Shown here: positions 27,820 to 32,000 of the stretch, piece after piece
Layout of the letters: the number at the start of each line of letters is the position of its first letter
Position numbering within the stretch: position 1 is the stretch's first letter
Source of the DNA: Fastidiosibacter lacustris
GTDB lineage: Bacteria; Pseudomonadota; Gammaproteobacteria; Francisellales; Francisellaceae
Reading direction: 5' to 3'
Assembly: GCF_003428155.1 (NCBI RefSeq)
Contig: NZ_QLIR01000017.1
Location: forward strand, 1 to 32,000
DNA: 32,000 nucleotides
Translations under genes and position numbers: made by a program
The notes under the pieces: generated by a model
What the model was told of the DNA's origin: nothing
Seen by the model: the letters and a program-made list of their open reading frames with translations, nothing else
Database searches by the model: none

Positions 27820-28133
27820 TAAAAAATGAAGTAATTTTTTAAAATTTTTAAATTGTGTAGCTATCTATATTTTCTATCATTAAAAACCTTTTAAGAGACA
27901 AAACCATTTGGTATGCTTCTAATCAAGACTTCGATAATGAAAGAACAATGTTCGATCCCCTGTGCAACATAACTGCTATAAGCGGCTAGCAAAAAAAGGG
28001 AAGAGTGATGATTATTTGCAATTTTAACATATGCCATAAACATTAAACTTACTAAACATCTAGAGAATAGTGCTTCATATAGATTTTCAACTGAATGTTG
28101 AAACTGTGACAGAATTTCCAATTTACATGGGAA

Positions 28134-28200
28134 TTATCTCTATACAGTTTCTAAAGAATACTGAGTTTAAAATTTGATTTTTATCTATATCAGTTTCTAA
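28134..28200. repeat. Two imperfect direct repeats of about 20 nt, 47 nt apart, downstream of the thiolase gene
   Basis: TTATCT-CTATA-CAGTTTCTAA (28134-28154) and TTATCT-ATAT-CAGTTTCTAA (28181-28200). Confidence 0.4.
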
Positions 28201-28234
28201 CTCATATAAAGGACGGATAAGTCCATAAAACAAG

Positions 28235-29425
28235 CTAACATGCTTCAATAATACCAGCTGCCCCCATACCAGTACCAATACACATTGTAATCATGCCATA
28301 TTTTTTACCAGTGCGCCTTAAGCCATGTAATGCTTTCACCGTCAAAACAGCACCAGTTGCACCCAATGGGTGACCTAATGCAATTGCCCCACCACAAGGA
28401 TTCACTTTAGCCTCATCAAGTTTTAACTCATTCATAACTGCTAATGACTGCGCTGCAAAGGCTTCATTTAACTCAATCCAGTCAATATTTTCCAATGTAA
28501 GATTGGTTTGTTCTAGCACCTTTGGAATCGCTTTGATTGGTCCAATGCCCATAATACGTGCTGGGACACCAGCCACAGCAAAACCTAAAAACTTTCCTAG
28601 TGGCTTCAAGTTATGTTTTTTAAGATATGATTCACTGACAAGCACTACAGCAGCAGCACCATCTGAAACTTGTGAGCTATTACCTGCTGTAACAGAACCG
28701 CCTTCTGCAAATACAGGTTTTAGCTTTGCAAGTGCTTCAAGGGAGGTATCAGCACGCGCACCTTCATCTTGTTGAATAACTTTCTTGTGATCGATGATTT
28801 TATCTTTTGCTTCATCTGGCTTTCTATGATGCACTTCAACAGGAACAATTTCATCTTTTAAATAACCATTTTCAATTGCACTCAATGCTTTTTGATGACT
28901 TTTTAATGCAAACTCATCTTGTTGTTCACGAGAGATATTCCAATCTTTTGCAACATTTTCTGCGGTAATCCCCATTCCATAAGCAATAGCTACATTCTCA
29001 TCTTTTGTGAATATTTCACTACTAAACGAAATATTATGTCCACCAAATGGAATCATGCTCATTGATTCAATCCCACCTGCAATAGCAACCTCCATATTGC
29101 CCCTGGCAATTTCATTAGCAGCAATCGCAATCGATTGAAGCCCTGAGCTACAATAACGGTTAATCGTAAAAGCAGGCACTGAATCTGGCAATCCTGCTAA
29201 AAGCGTTGAAATACGTGCCACATTCATCCCTTGCTCACCTTCTGGCATCGCACATCCTATGACAACATCACCAATATCTTCAGGATTAATTCCTGACTCT
29301 TTTACCGTTACGCTTAATATATCTGCTAATAAATCATCTGGTCGCTTCTTAGCAAAACCGCCACGCTTACCTTTTGTGACAGCCGACCTTTTAGCAGCAA
29401 CAATATATACATTTTGTTCACTCAT
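28235..29425 (-). CDS. fadA: Acetyl-CoA C-acyltransferase (3-ketoacyl-CoA thiolase)
   Basis: Acyl-enzyme Cys in NRYCSSGLQSI, NEAFAAQ, C-terminal GGAIALGHPLGATG and CIGTGMGAAGIIE. 396 aa, immediately downstream of the multifunctional beta-oxidation enzyme. Confidence 0.92.
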   Translation of the reverse strand: MSEQNVYIVAAKRSAVTKGKRGGFAKKRPDDLLADILSVTVKESGINPEDIGDVVIGCAMPEGEQGMNVARISTLLAGLPDSVPAFTINRYCSSGLQSIAIAANEIARGNMEVAIAGGIESMSMIPFGGHNISFSSEIFTKDENVAIAYGMGITAENVAKDWNISREQQDEFALKSHQKALSAIENGYLKDEIVPVEVHHRKPDEAKDKIIDHKKVIQQDEGARADTSLEALAKLKPVFAEGGSVTAGNSSQVSDGAAAVVLVSESYLKKHNLKPLGKFLGFAVAGVPARIMGIGPIKAIPKVLEQTNLTLENIDWIELNEAFAAQSLAVMNELKLDEAKVNPCGGAIALGHPLGATGAVLTVKALHGLRRTGKKYGMITMCIGTGMGAAGIIEAC

Positions 29426-29455
29426 CAGAACACACTCCCAATTTTAATTTTCTTT

Positions 29456-29521
29456 AACTGGAGTGACTTATGCTTTTGCAATTTTTTATCGTTAAAAGTA
29501 ACAACGTGAGTCACTCCAGTT
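29456..29521 (-). other. Intercistronic stem-loop between the FadN-type gene and the thiolase gene
   Basis: Perfect 13-bp inverted repeat AACTGGAGTGACT (29456-29468) / AGTCACTCCAGTT (29509-29521) with a 40-nt loop. No U-run follows on either strand. Confidence 0.5.
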
Positions 29522-29558
29522 ATTTACATCAACTTGATTAATTTTAATCCAGTCAAAC

Positions 29559-31979
29559 CTAATTTCTCAATGGCTTCCCAGTTTCTAACATATACTGCAT
29601 CCTCGCAGCACTCTTCTCAGACAAAGCAAGTTCAACAAAGTTTTCAAGCTCGCGTTTCAGTAACCAATCCTCAGACACTAATGTATCTTTTTCAATTTCA
29701 CCACCACACATCGCATCAGCAAGATTTGTTGCAATCTTATAGTCATGTGCTGAGATCTGATTACCATCACGCATATTCACTAAAAGACCTTTCACTGTTG
29801 CAATCCCCGCTTCACCAAAGACTTTGACAGGCAGTTTCAATGGTGGTTGATATCCACAATAGGCAAGGTATTTAGCTTTTTCAATTGCAACACTTAAAAT
29901 TTCTTTGCTATTCATTACAACTGTATCGCTTTCACACAAAAAGCCCATTTCAATTGCTTCATAAGCACTTGTTGCTACTTGCGCCATTGCTAAATTCTTA
30001 TAACGTTTTTCAAATTCTTTCCAAGGATCTTGAGCAACTGATGCACGTTTTGCCATCTCTTTTGAACCACCCCAGCCAGGAATAATGCCAACACCTGCTT
30101 CCACTAAACCAATATAGCTTTCATGAGCAGCCACAACTGCATCGCAGTGTAAAAGAATCTCGCACCCACCACCAAAGGCAAAGCCTTTTACCGCTGCTAC
30201 CACTGGGATTTTACTATAACGCAACTCTTGAGTGATGATTTGATGCCCCTTTTGAATAACCTCATACACAGCATCTTTACCATTCATCATGAACTTAAAG
30301 CCAAATTCCTCAAGGTTTGCACCTGCTGAAAAAATATCTTGTTCTTGCCAAATGACCATTGCTTTTAATTTTTGCTCGACAATCTTGATGGCTTGTGAAA
30401 TGCCATCTAATACATCCGAACCAATTGCACACATTTTACTTTTAAAGCTTAAAATGCCCACCTCACCATCAATTGTCCATAAACGTACGCCTTCATTCTC
30501 ATAAAGTGTCTCTGCTAGAATATCGCTATGCTCGTTAAACACATAATCTTGAATCAATTGTCGATCATATACCGGTAGTTGCTTGCGTGTTATCAAAGCA
30601 TTATTTGCAAAGCTAAAGGATTGATTGTCACCATAAACCCCCTCTTTTAACTCGTGCACCCAATCTGGTAATGCTCGCGCTGACAAAGTCTTACCTAACC
30701 TAATATCTTCCTCTATCCAATGGATGACTTTGTGCCAACCTGCTTGCTGCCAAATTTCAAAAATTCCCTCTTTCCAACCAAAGCCCCAACGAATCGCCAA
30801 GTCCATATCTTTAGGATAATTTGAAATTTCACCTACAAGACAAGCTGCGTAATGAAAGTTATCTCTAAAACATGACCATAAAAATTGTGCTTGTGGGTGA
30901 TTTAGATTTTTTAATTTCTCAAGTTTTACTGACCAGTTTTTTTCAGCCAAAATTTCTATTACTTCTTTATCTGGCTTTTGATCAGATAAACGATAGGTTT
31001 TGGTTTCTAAATCCAATACTTTTAAGCCATCTTTTTCTTTAACATAGAACCCTTTTTTAGTTTTCTGACCAAAAGCACCTTGCGCCAGTAGCAAATGAAT
31101 CCAGTCTGGCAGTTTATATACCTTCTCCCAACCATCTTTAAGATTGTTTGCCATTGTATCGACCACGTGACCAAAGGTATCAAGCCCAACAACATCTGCT
31201 GTTCGATAAGTTGCACTTTTAGCACGCCCTAGCTTTTTACCCGTTAAACCATCAACAACTTCCAATGGAATATTAAATTTTTCCGTGTAATAGCAAGTTG
31301 CCAACATAGAAAAGACGCCTAAACGGTTTGCAATAAAATTTGGAGTGTCTTTGGCACGAATAATGCTCTTACCTAATTTTTGCACCAAAAAGGTTTCGAG
31401 CTCATCTAATACTTCTGGCTTGGTTGTATGATGAGGAATAAGTTCAACCAATGGCATATAGCGTGGCGGATTAAAAAAGTGTACCCCACAAAAACGTGCA
31501 TGCAGTTGTTCTGGCAAGCTTTTAGTTAATGCCTTAATACTTAATCCTGAAGTATTAGACGCAAGAATCGCTTTACTTGAGACATATGGTGCTATTTTGT
31601 GATATAAATCCTGCTTCCAATCCATCCTCTCAGCAATTGCCTCGATAATTAATCCACAATCTTTCAATTTCTCTAAGTCGTCATCGTAATTCGCCGCGGT
31701 GATATAGTGTATCGCTTTAGATGAACTAAATGGTTTAGGATTGAGTTTCTTGAGTTTCTCAAGTGATGCTTCAACTAAAGCATTGGCTGAGCCTTGCTTT
31801 GCTTTTAAGTCAAATAAAACAACTGGAATCCTAGCATTACCAAAGTGTGCTGCAATTTGAGCCCCCATGACACCTGCTCCTAAAACCGCAACCTTCTGAA
31901 TACAACGCTGAGCTTGCATCTCACTTAATAAGGGTTGATTTTGAGTATGACTATTTTCTTGTTTAGCTGATACCGACAT
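29559..31979 (-). CDS. Multifunctional 3-hydroxyacyl-CoA dehydrogenase / enoyl-CoA hydratase, FadN-type domain order
   Basis: N-terminal NAD-binding VAVLGAGVMGAQIAAHF (3HCDH) and C-terminal crotonase motif VAAVKGFAFGGGCEILLHCD. 806 aa. The order is reversed relative to E. coli FadB and matches Bacillus FadN. Confidence 0.9.
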   Translation of the reverse strand: MSVSAKQENSHTQNQPLLSEMQAQRCIQKVAVLGAGVMGAQIAAHFGNARIPVVLFDLKAKQGSANALVEASLEKLKKLNPKPFSSSKAIHYITAANYDDDLEKLKDCGLIIEAIAERMDWKQDLYHKIAPYVSSKAILASNTSGLSIKALTKSLPEQLHARFCGVHFFNPPRYMPLVELIPHHTTKPEVLDELETFLVQKLGKSIIRAKDTPNFIANRLGVFSMLATCYYTEKFNIPLEVVDGLTGKKLGRAKSATYRTADVVGLDTFGHVVDTMANNLKDGWEKVYKLPDWIHLLLAQGAFGQKTKKGFYVKEKDGLKVLDLETKTYRLSDQKPDKEVIEILAEKNWSVKLEKLKNLNHPQAQFLWSCFRDNFHYAACLVGEISNYPKDMDLAIRWGFGWKEGIFEIWQQAGWHKVIHWIEEDIRLGKTLSARALPDWVHELKEGVYGDNQSFSFANNALITRKQLPVYDRQLIQDYVFNEHSDILAETLYENEGVRLWTIDGEVGILSFKSKMCAIGSDVLDGISQAIKIVEQKLKAMVIWQEQDIFSAGANLEEFGFKFMMNGKDAVYEVIQKGHQIITQELRYSKIPVVAAVKGFAFGGGCEILLHCDAVVAAHESYIGLVEAGVGIIPGWGGSKEMAKRASVAQDPWKEFEKRYKNLAMAQVATSAYEAIEMGFLCESDTVVMNSKEILSVAIEKAKYLAYCGYQPPLKLPVKVFGEAGIATVKGLLVNMRDGNQISAHDYKIATNLADAMCGGEIEKDTLVSEDWLLKRELENFVELALSEKSAARMQYMLETGKPLRN

Positions 31980-32000
31980 TTTTGGTGCAATTTCTACTTT

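Noticed and set aside
27891-28121. 76-aa minus-strand ORF in the spacer between the thiolase gene and the heme operon
   Set aside because: It has no Shine-Dalgarno sequence and no recognisable motif, and its composition is odd. It spans the tRNA-like fragment. I treat it as non-coding spacer; see the finding on 27820-28234.
28211-28224. GGAC-ggataa-GTCC hairpin as a thiolase terminator
   Set aside because: The stem is only 4 bp, and on the minus strand the trailing sequence is TTTATAT rather than a clean U-tract. That is too weak to call a rho-independent terminator.
29534-29827. 97-aa plus-strand ORF overlapping the 3' end of the FadN-type gene
   Set aside because: It is antisense to a well-supported CDS. 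Its Q/S/H-rich, low-complexity translation is typical of an antisense frame.
450-31225. About 30 short ORFs (60-125 aa) in the six-frame track, for example 450-653, 950-1287, 1503-1694, 2445-2666, 4741-4941, 6296-6487, 7250-7498, 7839-8021, 8605-8805, 9962-10231, 11106-11483, 11584-11787, 12462-12653, 15922-16140, 16657-16869, 17869-18060, 20991-21197, 21817-22050, 22608-22808, 24982-25200, 28503-28775, 29259-29447, 29885-30085, 30289-30504 and 31022-31225
   Set aside because: Each lies antisense to, or out of frame within, a longer ORF that carries clear family motifs. Their translations are low-complexity or Cys/Ser/Ile-rich in the way expected of non-coding frames in AT-rich DNA, and none has an evident RBS.
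1-32000. Scan for CRISPR arrays, rRNA genes, intact tRNA genes, long tandem repeats and prophage or defence-system genes
   Set aside because: I saw no regularly spaced repeats, no rRNA-like conserved blocks and no complete cloverleaf. No nuclease, helicase or methylase-type ORFs were present. Every long ORF is accounted for by the features listed.

Overview
AT-rich (by eye, not computed) gammaproteobacterial chromosomal segment, almost entirely coding. All family calls come from motifs read in the supplied translations; no database search was run.

Gene content, left to right:
- The window-truncated 3' end of an IS4/IS5-type DDE transposase.
- A potABC-type polyamine ABC importer with no binding-protein gene.
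- A minus-strand block: lipA, MFS, ATP-grasp ligase, ATP-grasp ligase, class I/II aminotransferase, saccharopine-dehydrogenase-like oxidoreductase, then a HAD-IB hydrolase.
- A housekeeping plus-strand run: recN, lgt, thyA, serA, tilS.
- A signal-peptide-bearing agmatine-deiminase/PAD-family enzyme, convergent with and overlapping tilS.
- A 98-aa unknown protein followed directly by a second MFS transporter.
- An eight-gene minus-strand heme-acquisition operon (HugZ-like, exbB, exbD, TonB-dependent heme receptor, tonB, hmuT, hmuU, hmuV), preceded by two Fur-box-like sites.
- A roughly 420-bp unassigned spacer.
- A beta-oxidation pair: a FadN-type 3-hydroxyacyl-CoA dehydrogenase/enoyl-CoA hydratase and a thiolase.

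No rRNA gene, intact tRNA gene or CRISPR array was seen.

The best candidate for an undescribed system is the translationally coupled operon at about 4387-10684. It combines an oxidoreductase, an aminotransferase, two L-amino-acid-ligase-like ATP-grasp enzymes and an MFS exporter. That looks like an orphan NRPS-independent biosynthetic cluster for a small amide-linked metabolite. Its product cannot be predicted from the sequence.
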